64,000 nucleotides of DNA from Candidatus Latescibacterota bacterium (GTDB lineage Bacteria > Latescibacterota > UBA2968 > GCA-2709665), in assembly GCA_965222075.1 (NCBI GenBank), contig OZ244937.1, forward strand, positions 4,480,001 through 4,544,000, written 5' to 3'. Made by a program: the position numbers and the translations under genes. Below, piece after piece: positions 18,962-28,497 of this stretch (the first letter of the stretch is position 1; each line of letters begins with the position of its first letter). The notes beneath the pieces were generated by a model that saw only the letters and a program-made list of their open reading frames with translations, made no database searches and was not told the origin of the DNA.

Positions 18962-20278
18962 ATGGTGGTGGGGGATCTGAAGGGTGGTGTTGCCGAGGTC
19001 AACATTACCCCGCCCGTTGGCATCTCGCTGGGCGGGTTTGGCGGGCGTAAAGGACCGGCGCAGTCCGTCCACGACGATCTCTACGCGCGGGCGCTGGTGC
19101 TGGATAATGGCGAGGCGCGCCTAGGGATTGTGACGGCAGATGTGATCAGTTTTGCGCCCGATCTGGTGGATCGGATTCGGAGGCTGGTTTCAGATGCGGC
19201 GGGCATTCCGGGGACGCACCTGGTGTTAAACGGGTCGCACTCGCATTCGGGGCCTACGGTGATGGCGTTCCGGAGCATGGGGGATCGGGATGCGGCCTAC
19301 GAGGATGTGCTCTGCCGGAAGGTTGCTGGGGCCGTGAAGATGGCTTTGGACCGGCTGGAGGCGGTTTCGCTTTTGACGGGCCGTGCACCGGTGCGGATCG
19401 GGTACAACCGCCGGGAGAGGTGGAAGGATCAGATGGTGCTGGGGCACAATCCGGGCGGGCCGGAGGCGCCTTGGGTGGACGTGCTGCGGGTGGACCGTGG
19501 AGACGGCTCCCCGCTGGGGCTTTTCTACGCCACGGCGGCCCATCCGGTGAATTTGCGCGGTCTGGAATTCAGCGCGGAGTTTCCAGGGTATGCGGCCCGG
19601 TTTCTCGTTCGCAATTTTGACGGCGCCGTGCCGATGTTTGCCCAGGGCTGCTGTGGAGACATCAACTGTTCGCCCCAGGACGGGACGTTTGAGATGAGCC
19701 AGCGCCAGGGGAACCTGCTGGGGGCTGCGGCCCTGACGGCTGCTCTGCAGGCGGAACCGGCAGAGGGAACGGCGCTGGCTTCGGCCTGTCTCGAGATCAA
19801 TCTGCCGTTGAACATTCCAAGTGTGGAGGCAGCGGCACAGGCGCTGGAGGGACAACGCGAAAGATACGAGCAGGCAGAGCAGGATCTGGAGGTGGTTCCC
19901 TATCTGCTGCGCCAGTACAGCGGGCAGGTGGCGTGGGCGGAGGACTACCTACAGGCGGCGCAGGCGGGCGAGGCACAGACACAGCTATTTGAGATTCAGG
20001 CGATGCGGATCGGGGACCTGGCGCTGGTGGCCTACCCGGGGGAGATGTTTGTGGACTACCAGCTTACTATGGACCGGGAGTCGCCGTTTTCCCGGACCTT
20101 TACGCTGGGGTATACCAACGGCTGCATCGGATATGTGCCCACAGAAGATGCATACCCGGAGGGGGGGTACGAGGTCGATACGGCATTCCGGTATTACGGG
20201 ACGCTGATGATTACGTCCGATTGCGAGCGCATGGTCAAGGAGACGACGTTTGAGATGCTGGAGGGGCTGAAGGGATAG
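18962..20278 (+). CDS. Neutral/alkaline ceramidase N-terminal domain family hydrolase
   Basis: ITPPVGISLGGF, VHDDLYARALVL, GSHSHSGP, FAQGCCGDIN, PGEMF, GYTNGCIGYVPT...GGYE. Confidence 0.8.
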   Translation: MVVGDLKGGVAEVNITPPVGISLGGFGGRKGPAQSVHDDLYARALVLDNGEARLGIVTADVISFAPDLVDRIRRLVSDAAGIPGTHLVLNGSHSHSGPTVMAFRSMGDRDAAYEDVLCRKVAGAVKMALDRLEAVSLLTGRAPVRIGYNRRERWKDQMVLGHNPGGPEAPWVDVLRVDRGDGSPLGLFYATAAHPVNLRGLEFSAEFPGYAARFLVRNFDGAVPMFAQGCCGDINCSPQDGTFEMSQRQGNLLGAAALTAALQAEPAEGTALASACLEINLPLNIPSVEAAAQALEGQRERYEQAEQDLEVVPYLLRQYSGQVAWAEDYLQAAQAGEAQTQLFEIQAMRIGDLALVAYPGEMFVDYQLTMDRESPFSRTFTLGYTNGCIGYVPTEDAYPEGGYEVDTAFRYYGTLMITSDCERMVKETTFEMLEGLKG

Positions 20279-20406
20279 GGAGACCCATAGTTTGTAGAGG
20301 GTATTGGTTGTAGAAAGCCCATGACTTCAATTTTAAAACTGAAAAACTGGCGCAACTTCCGTCTGGCCGTAGGGTTTAATAGGAGTCCCTTCTTTTATGT
20401 GCATCC

Positions 20407-21615
20407 ATGAAATTTTCTGAATTTTCGCTGCAGCCCAAAATTCTAGAAGCGCTCCGGGAGATGGGGTATGAGGAACTGACCCCCATCCAGGAGAAGGCAA
20501 TTCCGCATGTCCTGGCCGGAAAGGATCTGTTGGGAGTTGCCGAGACCGGTTCGGGGAAGACGGGGGCGTGCGGTGTGCCCCTCGTGCAGATGGTAGATCC
20601 GACGCTCAACGCCTTGCAGGCCCTGATTCTGGTGCCCACGCGCGAGCTGGCTCAGCAGTATGTGGCGGAACTGGCGGAGATTGCCCGATATACGGATGTG
20701 GCGCCGTTTGCCGTGTTTGGCGGATTTGACATGGCGATCCAGCGGGCCAAATTGCGGGATAGGGTGCACATCCTGGTGGCGACCCCCGGGCGGTTGATCG
20801 ACTATTTGTGGAATCATGCCCTGCCCTTTTCTCACATCCGCACCATGGTCTTGGACGAAGCGGACGAAATGTTGAAGATGGGGTTTATTGAGAATGTAGA
20901 TTTCATCCTTTCATGTCTGCTCCACGACCATCAGACGTTGCTTTTTTCGGCTACCATGCCCAATGCGGTCGGCCGGCTGGCCAGGTCCTATTTGAAAGAC
21001 CCGGTGCGGATTGAGTTGAACAAGGAGCAGATTGCGCCGGCGTCTCTGGCGCACCATTTTAAGTATATTGCACGTCAGGATCGGCTGAAGGCGCTGGTGA
21101 CCTACTTACGGGAAGAGACGATTTCGCAGGCCATTATCTTCTGCAACTCCAGGGAGGGCGTTGGGAGGCTTATCCAGGCGTTGAAGCGAATGTTCCAGTC
21201 GGTGGAATTTATCCACGGAGGGCTGGAGCAGCCCCAGCGGACCTCTATTTATAACCGGTTCCGGGATCGAAGCATTCGTTTGCTGGTCGCCACAGATGTT
21301 GCCGCTCGCGGGCTTGATTTTACGCATGTCAGCCATGTGATCAATTACGAATTTCCCCAGTCCGAAGAGGCCTATACACACCGATCGGGCCGAACCGGCA
21401 GGATGGGACGGTCGGGCATTGCGATGACCTTTGTGGCCGACAGGGAACTGAATGCGCTCCAGCGCTTGCTGAGGGTCAACCGTATTGGTCCGGTCTGGCA
21501 TGACCGGGTCCCTTCCTTTGCCGGCGTGTCCAGAACAGGAGGCAGGGAGGGCCAGCGGTTCGGCCGAAAGGCTCCCGGCCGTCGGGCCGGGAGACGGCGC
21601 AGGCGGTCTCGCTAA
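20407..21615 (+). CDS. DEAD-box RNA helicase
   Basis: Q motif, AETGSGKT, PTRELA, TPGR, DEAD, SAT, ARGLD, HRSGRTGR. Confidence 0.96.
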   Translation: MKFSEFSLQPKILEALREMGYEELTPIQEKAIPHVLAGKDLLGVAETGSGKTGACGVPLVQMVDPTLNALQALILVPTRELAQQYVAELAEIARYTDVAPFAVFGGFDMAIQRAKLRDRVHILVATPGRLIDYLWNHALPFSHIRTMVLDEADEMLKMGFIENVDFILSCLLHDHQTLLFSATMPNAVGRLARSYLKDPVRIELNKEQIAPASLAHHFKYIARQDRLKALVTYLREETISQAIIFCNSREGVGRLIQALKRMFQSVEFIHGGLEQPQRTSIYNRFRDRSIRLLVATDVAARGLDFTHVSHVINYEFPQSEEAYTHRSGRTGRMGRSGIAMTFVADRELNALQRLLRVNRIGPVWHDRVPSFAGVSRTGGREGQRFGRKAPGRRAGRRRRRSR

Positions 21616-21650
21616 TCCGGTACGGATAGCGCCCATTGAGGAGGTGGACA

Positions 21651-22625
21651 ATGCGGTTTACTGCTGTGTTCTGCGTGCTGCCTTGGGCCTTTGTTGCGCC
21701 CCTTGTGGCTGCAGAGGTGAAAAAGGAAGTCTGGGCCGAAGGGGCCGCTTCTGCAGCGGAGGCCTTTGCCAGGTATGCCCCAGGGCGGATCGGCGTGCTG
21801 CTGGTGGCCACGGGCAAGGACCCCGATCTGGACTTTCGCTACGCGGGGCGTGCGTTGCATACCGAGGAACGGGAATTTTCTTACAGTTTTCACCGGATGA
21901 CCCGTTGGTACGAGTTGCAGCTCTATGAGGCCTTGCGCGGTGTTTTTCAGGAGAAGGGATACGAGGTCCGGTGTCTGAACAGAGGGCCCTGGAAGGGGTT
22001 GCGTTTGAAGGAGGTGATGGCGCAGGCCAAAGGGATAGACGCCGCCTGCGTGGTGCATTACGGCATCAAGCGCACCCATGCCGTTGTGAATCGGGATGGT
22101 TATACCTGGTGGGTGCCGTTTGAGGGGATGTTGCTGAAGGTCAAGTGTACGGTTTTTGACGTTTCCAGTAGAGACCCGTTCTACGAGCTGAAGGGGGAGA
22201 CGCTGGGCACGGAGGATCTCTACCCCAACCTGGGGGAGATGGTGGTGGAGGAACCGCTCTATCCGAGCGGATACAGTCCCCACGGCGGGATAAGCAACTA
22301 TAAGATCGCGATCTACCATACATCGGTACGGGATCCAAAGACGGGAAAACGGACCCTTCCGATGATCCGAACCTCGGAAGGGTCGCTCGATATTTCTTAC
22401 GAAGGAAATCTTGGGGAAGCGGGACAGCAGATTACGAAAAAGGACCCGGTGACGGGGATGGTGATCCTAAAGGACAAAAAGATACGGGAGGATAGTGTTT
22501 TGGGCCGGTTGCTCCAACATGTGACGTACCGCCCAAAGCAAGACGAAATCGAATATTTCGATCTGGTTTCCATCCATCGGTGCAGCGAGATGGTCCGTGA
22601 AAAAATTCCGCAGCAGCGTCCGTAG
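21651..22625 (+). CDS. Hypothetical exported protein
   Basis: GAGGAGG RBS before ATG 21651, N-terminal signal peptide, co-oriented with neighbours. Confidence 0.75.
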   Translation: MRFTAVFCVLPWAFVAPLVAAEVKKEVWAEGAASAAEAFARYAPGRIGVLLVATGKDPDLDFRYAGRALHTEEREFSYSFHRMTRWYELQLYEALRGVFQEKGYEVRCLNRGPWKGLRLKEVMAQAKGIDAACVVHYGIKRTHAVVNRDGYTWWVPFEGMLLKVKCTVFDVSSRDPFYELKGETLGTEDLYPNLGEMVVEEPLYPSGYSPHGGISNYKIAIYHTSVRDPKTGKRTLPMIRTSEGSLDISYEGNLGEAGQQITKKDPVTGMVILKDKKIREDSVLGRLLQHVTYRPKQDEIEYFDLVSIHRCSEMVREKIPQQRP

Positions 22626-22681
22626 GGAGGGGCAATGTGGGTCGTCTTCAGCCAGTTCACGATAGAAAAGGATAGACCACT

Positions 22682-23677
22682 ATGAACAGGTTTAAGCTGA
22701 AGGAAGTGGAATTGGAGCCGGACATTTTAGGGCTCACGCTGGATAGCGACAGGCTTTCACTGACCATTGCCCCTCAGCTTGGCGGTAAGATCACCTCCCT
22801 GATCAACAAGAAGACCAAGCGGGAATTTATTACCCGGACCAACATTTCTTACCGGCTGCGGACCTATGGAGATCGCTTTGAAGATTACGAACGCGACGGT
22901 GCGGATGAATGTTTTCCCGCGGTGGGGTCCGGTCCTTTTCCGGTATTTCCCTGGGAGGGGACACCGGTGCCGGACCACGGAGAGGTCTGGACCCTGCCCT
23001 GGGAATACCAGGTGAGGCAGGGGCGGCTGCATATGTGGGTGCGGGGAGTGAGGCTGCCCTACGTCTTTGAACGCCAGATCGGGTTTGAGATCCTGGCCCG
23101 CAAGGAGCAGCCCTATATCCGGCTCTCTTACCGGGTTCGGAACGAGAGTCCGTACGATATGCCCTTTGTTTATGCATTCCACCCTCTGTTCCGGGTTGAA
23201 ACGCGCACCCGAATTTTGATCCCGAAGGGAACAGATGTGGTTTCTTATATGAGTACTGAGGACCGCCTGGGGCCGCCGATGACGCGGCATGCCTGGCCCC
23301 ATGTGACCGACCTGACCTTAGACAAGACCTACGATCGAAGCGCGGTCCGGTCGAGCCGGAACAAGGAGGCCGAGAAGCTTTTTACGACGCGTCTGGAGCA
23401 GGGGCGGTGTGCCCTTCTTTATCCAAACGGGGAGTTCGTGGGGTTTTTGTTCCCGGCCAAAAAGCTCCCCTATCTGGGGCTGTGGGTCAGCGAAGGGGGG
23501 TGGTACAACCACCACCATGTGGCCCTGGAGCCTTCTACTTCTCAGGTTGACCGCTTAGATGTGGCCGAGGGGCTGAAGGCGTGCGGCGTGGTGCCCGGTG
23601 GCGGTGAGTTCGAATGGGATATCAGCATGATTTTGGGTAAGGGCGATGAGCTTACCGACCTTTTAGGGGAATTCTGA
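22682..23677 (+). CDS. Galactose mutarotase / aldose 1-epimerase-like protein
   Basis: PQLGGKITSL, GADECFPAV, PDHGEVW, YAFHPLF, PYLGLW, VALEP. Confidence 0.8.
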   Translation: MNRFKLKEVELEPDILGLTLDSDRLSLTIAPQLGGKITSLINKKTKREFITRTNISYRLRTYGDRFEDYERDGADECFPAVGSGPFPVFPWEGTPVPDHGEVWTLPWEYQVRQGRLHMWVRGVRLPYVFERQIGFEILARKEQPYIRLSYRVRNESPYDMPFVYAFHPLFRVETRTRILIPKGTDVVSYMSTEDRLGPPMTRHAWPHVTDLTLDKTYDRSAVRSSRNKEAEKLFTTRLEQGRCALLYPNGEFVGFLFPAKKLPYLGLWVSEGGWYNHHHVALEPSTSQVDRLDVAEGLKACGVVPGGGEFEWDISMILGKGDELTDLLGEF

Positions 23678-23678
23678 T

Positions 23679-25085
23679 GTGCTAAAATATGCGATGACAG
23701 GGCTTTTTCTAGGCCTCTCACTGGTGGGGGCAGGGGGGGGCTGGGCAGCAGGTGAGGAGGATATGAAGTCTATCCGAGTATCCACTGCGGAGGGGGAGAA
23801 CTGGTTTTATATCGATCGCTATGAGGTCACGGTTGCGACGCTTCAGGCGTTTGATCCAGATTACAAGCCCGCTTATGAGTATTTTGCGGACCCGAATATG
23901 CCGGCAACCGGTATTTCCTTCGTTCAGGCCCGGGCCTATTGCAAGGCGCAGGGAAAACGGTTGCCCACTTCGGAGGAGTGGCAACTGGTCTGTATGGGGC
24001 CTGAGGGGTTCACATATTTCTACGGAAATAACTGGAATCCGAAAAGGGCGCGGATGGGGCGCAGAAATTGGACCGACGGCCCTAAGCCCGTGGGGGCCTT
24101 TGAGCCGAACGGGTATGGTGTTTACGACATGGTGGGCAACGTGTGGGAGTGGGTGGATGACGGAGAGGCGGAAGGGGAGAGGCGCTCTGTCTACGGGGGG
24201 TCCTGGACGAACGGTCCCCGACAGACCAAATGCACCGTACGGCTGGTGTCAGATCCCCAACAGCGGGTTATCAATTATGGGTTTCGGTGCGCCCGGTCTG
24301 TAACGGCGGCTGACCGGGCCCGAATTGCCGAAGAGGAGGCGGCCAAATTGCGGGCATTAAAGGCCGCTTCACAGCGAGAGGCGGCCAAACGCCGCGCGCA
24401 GCAGGCGGCAAGGGAGGCTGTGAAGAGGGCCAAGGTCGATGCAGAGGCCCGGAAGGTGCGGGAGGCGGAGATGGCAGAACAACGTGCGAAAGAGGCGGAA
24501 GCGGCCCGGAAGGCCGAAGCCTTTGCCCGCAAGGTTGTGAATATGGAGCCCGTGATATCGACGGTCGCCCGGGAGTTTTACATTGACCGGCACGAGGTTA
24601 CCGTTGCGGAGTTTCGAGCGTTCGATCCATCCTACCGTCCCAGTGAGTTCTCCGCAGGAGAGAAGATGCCCGCGACTGGCATGAGCTTTGAACGGGCTGC
24701 GGCCTACTGCCGGTCGCTTGGCAAGCGTTTGCCCACTTCCGAGGAGTGGGTAACCGCGTGTATGGGAAATAAAGGGTATCTCTTCTCTTACGGCCGCCGG
24801 TATGACCCGTCCCTGGGGCGGTCCGGTCTGGCGTGGTTCGCAGGCGCCGATACGGTGGGTGTGGGCACCCCCAATTCCTACGGCGTAACAGATATGGTGG
24901 GCAACGCCTGGGAATGGGTGGATGGATGGTATGACGAGGCCAAGACGCTACAGGCGCTCTATGGAGGGAGTTGGGTGAACGGTCCGGAGCGGGCCAAATG
25001 TACGGGGGAGATGGGGGCGCGTCCTGGAGCAAGTCACGCAGATTTTGGATTTCGCTGTGCGGCAGATAAGGAAATTGGAGAGTGA
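23679..25085 (+). CDS. Exported protein with two FGE-sulfatase (SUMF1/PvdO-like) domains joined by a coiled coil
   Basis: Two copies of YIDRxEVTV...KRLPTSEEW...PNxYGVxDMVGNxWEW...YGGSW...GFRCA; A/E/K/R-rich linker. Confidence 0.88.
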   Translation: MLKYAMTGLFLGLSLVGAGGGWAAGEEDMKSIRVSTAEGENWFYIDRYEVTVATLQAFDPDYKPAYEYFADPNMPATGISFVQARAYCKAQGKRLPTSEEWQLVCMGPEGFTYFYGNNWNPKRARMGRRNWTDGPKPVGAFEPNGYGVYDMVGNVWEWVDDGEAEGERRSVYGGSWTNGPRQTKCTVRLVSDPQQRVINYGFRCARSVTAADRARIAEEEAAKLRALKAASQREAAKRRAQQAAREAVKRAKVDAEARKVREAEMAEQRAKEAEAARKAEAFARKVVNMEPVISTVAREFYIDRHEVTVAEFRAFDPSYRPSEFSAGEKMPATGMSFERAAAYCRSLGKRLPTSEEWVTACMGNKGYLFSYGRRYDPSLGRSGLAWFAGADTVGVGTPNSYGVTDMVGNAWEWVDGWYDEAKTLQALYGGSWVNGPERAKCTGEMGARPGASHADFGFRCAADKEIGE

Positions 25086-26617
25086 AAAGGGGGCTAATAG
25101 AGGTGAAAGAGAGATATCGGATTCTGAGGCGTGGGTGCGCGATCGTTACACTGGTGCGGTGGATCTGTGTACTGCTGCTTTGTGCGGGCCTGTGGGCGTG
25201 CGGTGTCGGTCAGAAGGATGTCGCCGGGTTGGAGGGTGAGGCCGTGACGGTTCTGCTGGACCTGCTGCGTAATCGGCCCCTGAAAGGCGCGGTTGCCGGT
25301 GAGGCCGCCAAGGTTCTGGGAGGGATGGGGCATCCAGGTGCGGTGCCCGCATTGATAGAGGCGCTTGAGTATCCGGAGGGGTTTGTGGTCTTCAAGGCGA
25401 TTGCGGCCCTGGGCGAAATTGGCGATCCCCGGGCGGTGGAACCCTTAGAGAGGCACTTTCAGGAGGGCAAGCCCTACCTGCAGATCGAAGCTGCGGTCGC
25501 CCTGGCACGGCTGGGCCGGGCAGGGAGCGTGGACTGGATTGTTGAAACCCTCCAGAAAGGGGAGACGAGCATCCTCCGTTCCAATGCGGCGGCGGCGCTG
25601 GGCCGGCTTGGGGAATCGTCTGCCATTCCGGCCCTGCGGCGGACATTCCGGAAAGATCCAGATCCGATTGCCCGGTCGACCGCGGCGCTGGCCCTGGCGC
25701 GGTTGGGGGATCGCGAGAGCCTGCCGGCGGTTGGCCAGACGCTGGCGCAGACGAAGGATGTGTCGATCTCCATGGTGATGATCGAGGCCTTGGAGGCGTT
25801 TGGGGATTCGATATCGGCCTTCTACCTGGAGGCCGCGTTTCAAGCGCAGAAGGCTTATACCGTGCGCATGCGCTGCCTGCAGGGGCTGGGCAAAATAGGC
25901 ATCGGAACGATCGGTCCCTATTTACAGGATGTGCTTTCCAGGGATACCAACATGGCCAATCAGATGCTGGCGGCAGAGGGGCTGGGTATTGTTCAGGATA
26001 GCACTGCCGTGCCTCTGTTGCGGACGGTTTTCCGGAGCAACCCGGACCAGCCAATCCGGGTGGGGGCTGCGCGGGCACTGGCCATGCTTGGATACGGCAT
26101 GGAAATTTCACCGGAATTGGAGGCAGACCTGGCCCACCAGAACGAATCGTTTCGGATACGCGCTGCTGAGGTTCTGGCGCTGATCGGAGATGAACGGCGC
26201 GTCTTTGCGCTTAAAGAAGGGCTGCTCTGGTCGGGGAGCGTTGCGCTTCAACGGGCCGTTGCCAAGGCCTTGGGGAGCATTGAAAGCCCCGATGCGGTAG
26301 AGGCCCTCAGAGAGGCCTATCCCCGGGCCGAGGCGTTTGGGGTGAAGGTGGACATTGTAGAGGCGCTGGGGTGGATGCCGCTGCCTGAGGCGCACAAAGC
26401 CTTAGAAAGGATTTTGAAGCGGGCCGAATACACCGAGATTCAGACCCTGGCTTTAAGGGGTTTGAGCAGGTCCAAAGACCTGGACCTGCTCAGGGTGCTG
26501 GAGCGGTATCTGAAGGATCGGAAACCGGAGGTTCGGTTCCAGGCGGCTGCGGGGATTTTCCGACTGACCCGGGAGGGGCCTCCGGGTCTGGCGGATGCTG
26601 GAGCCGCGGACGGATGA
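25082..26617 (+). CDS. HEAT/PBS-lyase repeat protein, probable lipoprotein (true start may be downstream)
   Basis: Repeated AAxALGxLG..AVPAL units; lipobox-like LWAC. Confidence 0.85.
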   Translation: MKRGLIEVKERYRILRRGCAIVTLVRWICVLLLCAGLWACGVGQKDVAGLEGEAVTVLLDLLRNRPLKGAVAGEAAKVLGGMGHPGAVPALIEALEYPEGFVVFKAIAALGEIGDPRAVEPLERHFQEGKPYLQIEAAVALARLGRAGSVDWIVETLQKGETSILRSNAAAALGRLGESSAIPALRRTFRKDPDPIARSTAALALARLGDRESLPAVGQTLAQTKDVSISMVMIEALEAFGDSISAFYLEAAFQAQKAYTVRMRCLQGLGKIGIGTIGPYLQDVLSRDTNMANQMLAAEGLGIVQDSTAVPLLRTVFRSNPDQPIRVGAARALAMLGYGMEISPELEADLAHQNESFRIRAAEVLALIGDERRVFALKEGLLWSGSVALQRAVAKALGSIESPDAVEALREAYPRAEAFGVKVDIVEALGWMPLPEAHKALERILKRAEYTEIQTLALRGLSRSKDLDLLRVLERYLKDRKPEVRFQAAAGIFRLTREGPPGLADAGAADG

Positions 26618-26705
26618 CGGGCAGGGACTTTGCGAATTGTCTTGACTTTGGTCATTAAAATTATCGATATTAGCAATTGATCCATGGGCTCTTGGTAAGG
26701 AGGAA

Positions 26706-27074
26706 TTGGTGCGTATTCACGAGGAAATTCGAGACGATGTGGCCGTTCTCAGGGTGAGCGGAGCGTTGATGAGCGGCCCGGACGTGGCGCCTTTTCATGA
26801 CCATGTGAAGCGGCTGATCAAAGATGGGATGACCAGGGTCGTGGTCGACTTTTCGAAGGTGAAATGGTTTGGAAGCGCCATGCTGGGCGTGCTGATCGCC
26901 AGTTTGACCACCATACGCAATGCAGAGGGGGATCTGCGGTTAACCGGGATCACCGAGAAGATCGACAGCATTTTGATGGTGACGCAGCTGGCGGGGATCT
27001 TCCGGACGCTGGATACGGTAGACCGGGCTGTGGCAAGCTATCAGCCCCAGCCGCCTGAGGACAAATCTCAGTAG
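26706..27074 (+). CDS. STAS-domain anti-sigma factor antagonist
   Basis: VVVDFSKVKWFGSAMLGVLI...GDLRL; AAGGAGG RBS. Confidence 0.88.
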   Translation: MVRIHEEIRDDVAVLRVSGALMSGPDVAPFHDHVKRLIKDGMTRVVVDFSKVKWFGSAMLGVLIASLTTIRNAEGDLRLTGITEKIDSILMVTQLAGIFRTLDTVDRAVASYQPQPPEDKSQ

Positions 27075-27138
27075 GGATGCACGGCCGCATGCTCTACCCA
27101 CAGGTCTATGCTCGGGGGAAAACATCAAGGAGGCCGCG

Positions 27139-28332
27139 ATGGTGAGGATCGGAATCTGGCTGGTTGCGGCACTGTGTCTGCTTCCGACCTCAAGCCGAGC
27201 TCAGACACCGGAAGACGCCGATTTTGACGGAAATGGGGTTGTCGACTACGATGATTTTCTCGCCTTAGCCAGGACATTTGGGGCCAATCATGCCCGGTTC
27301 GATCTGGATCGAAGCGGTGTGGTGGACTTCCAGGACTTCGTGATTTTTGCCAGGGCGTACCTGCAGCACGTGGAGGCAGCCGACGGGAGTGACAAGGGGC
27401 CCGTTGTCACCGAGGAGGTTGCCGGGCGGGTCGAGATCTTTGATCTTCCGGAGTTGGGAAGCCGCCCTTACGATATTGCGGTTGATGCTCGGGGGATCGT
27501 CTGGTTTACGGAGCTGGGGGCCAATCGGATCGGCCGTTTTGATCCAAGGACGGGCACATTCGTAGCATACCTTCTGCCGACCCCAGGGGGCCAGCCCCTG
27601 CGCATTGTGGTCGATTCTCGGGGCCGGATCTGGTTTACCGAGATCGGGGCCAACCGGATCGGCCGTTTGAATCCGGTTTCGGAGGAGATCCGAGAGTTCG
27701 TGGTGCCCACACCCGGGAGTCGGCCGCACGGTCTGGCGTTCGACCGAAGGGGCATCCTCTGGTTTACGCAGGAGTCGGCCAACCGGATTGGCCGTTTAAA
27801 TCCATTCGATGGGACCTTTGAAGAATACCTGCTCCCCACGCCTGCGGCCGGTGTTGACGGTCTTTTGGTGGATGGGGAGGGGGCGCTCTGGTTTGCAGAA
27901 CGGGCCGTGGGGAAATTGGGACGGTTGGACCCGGTTAGCCTTGAAATTGAGGAGTTCCGACTTTCAGGCGAGGACCTGAAGCTCAGGGAGATTGCTCTGG
28001 ATTCCGGAGGGCGGGTCTGGTTTACAAACACCAGTACCCGCGGGCTGGGCGTTTTTGATCCCAAGACCGGAAATACAACCATGTATCGGCCTCCTGCTGA
28101 GGTTTCAGATCTGCATGCGACTGTGGTCGATTTAAGCGACCGGATCTGGTTTGCAGGGCTTGAGTCGAATCGGATTGCCAGGTTCGATCCCGAAGTCGGC
28201 CATTTCCGGTTATATTCCCTGCAGTATTCCGGGGCAGGGGTGGGCCATTTGACCGTCGATGTGTCGGGCGTTATCTGGTTTACAGATCCGGGAAAGGATC
28301 GGATTGGTAGGGTAGAGGATACCGGGCCGTAG
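27139..28332 (+). CDS. Exported Vgb (virginiamycin B lyase-like) beta-propeller with N-terminal EF-hand/dockerin-like module
   Basis: Signal peptide; ADFDGNGVVDYDDF...FDLDRSGVVDFQDF; about 7 repeats of P..IxVDxxGxIWFTExxANRIGRxxP. Confidence 0.85.
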   Translation: MVRIGIWLVAALCLLPTSSRAQTPEDADFDGNGVVDYDDFLALARTFGANHARFDLDRSGVVDFQDFVIFARAYLQHVEAADGSDKGPVVTEEVAGRVEIFDLPELGSRPYDIAVDARGIVWFTELGANRIGRFDPRTGTFVAYLLPTPGGQPLRIVVDSRGRIWFTEIGANRIGRLNPVSEEIREFVVPTPGSRPHGLAFDRRGILWFTQESANRIGRLNPFDGTFEEYLLPTPAAGVDGLLVDGEGALWFAERAVGKLGRLDPVSLEIEEFRLSGEDLKLREIALDSGGRVWFTNTSTRGLGVFDPKTGNTTMYRPPAEVSDLHATVVDLSDRIWFAGLESNRIARFDPEVGHFRLYSLQYSGAGVGHLTVDVSGVIWFTDPGKDRIGRVEDTGP

Positions 28333-28413
28333 GCGAGTCGCGCTACAGAAGGGTTGCTGACGCTCTGATCTGGCCGGTCAGGGCGTATTTTTGTGGGTCG
28401 GTATAAAAAGAGA

Positions 28414-28442
28414 TTGACATTAGAAGGGGGGTTCGGTACTAT
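28414..28442 (+). promoter_or_regulatory. Sigma70-type promoter of the ABC/corA operon
   Basis: TTGACA (28414-28419), 17-nt spacer, TACTAT (28437-28442). Confidence 0.6.
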
Positions 28443-28497
28443 TCCAGCCCTGAAGCGGAAGCGGAACTCAATATTGATGGAAGGTGATCTGCGCCAC

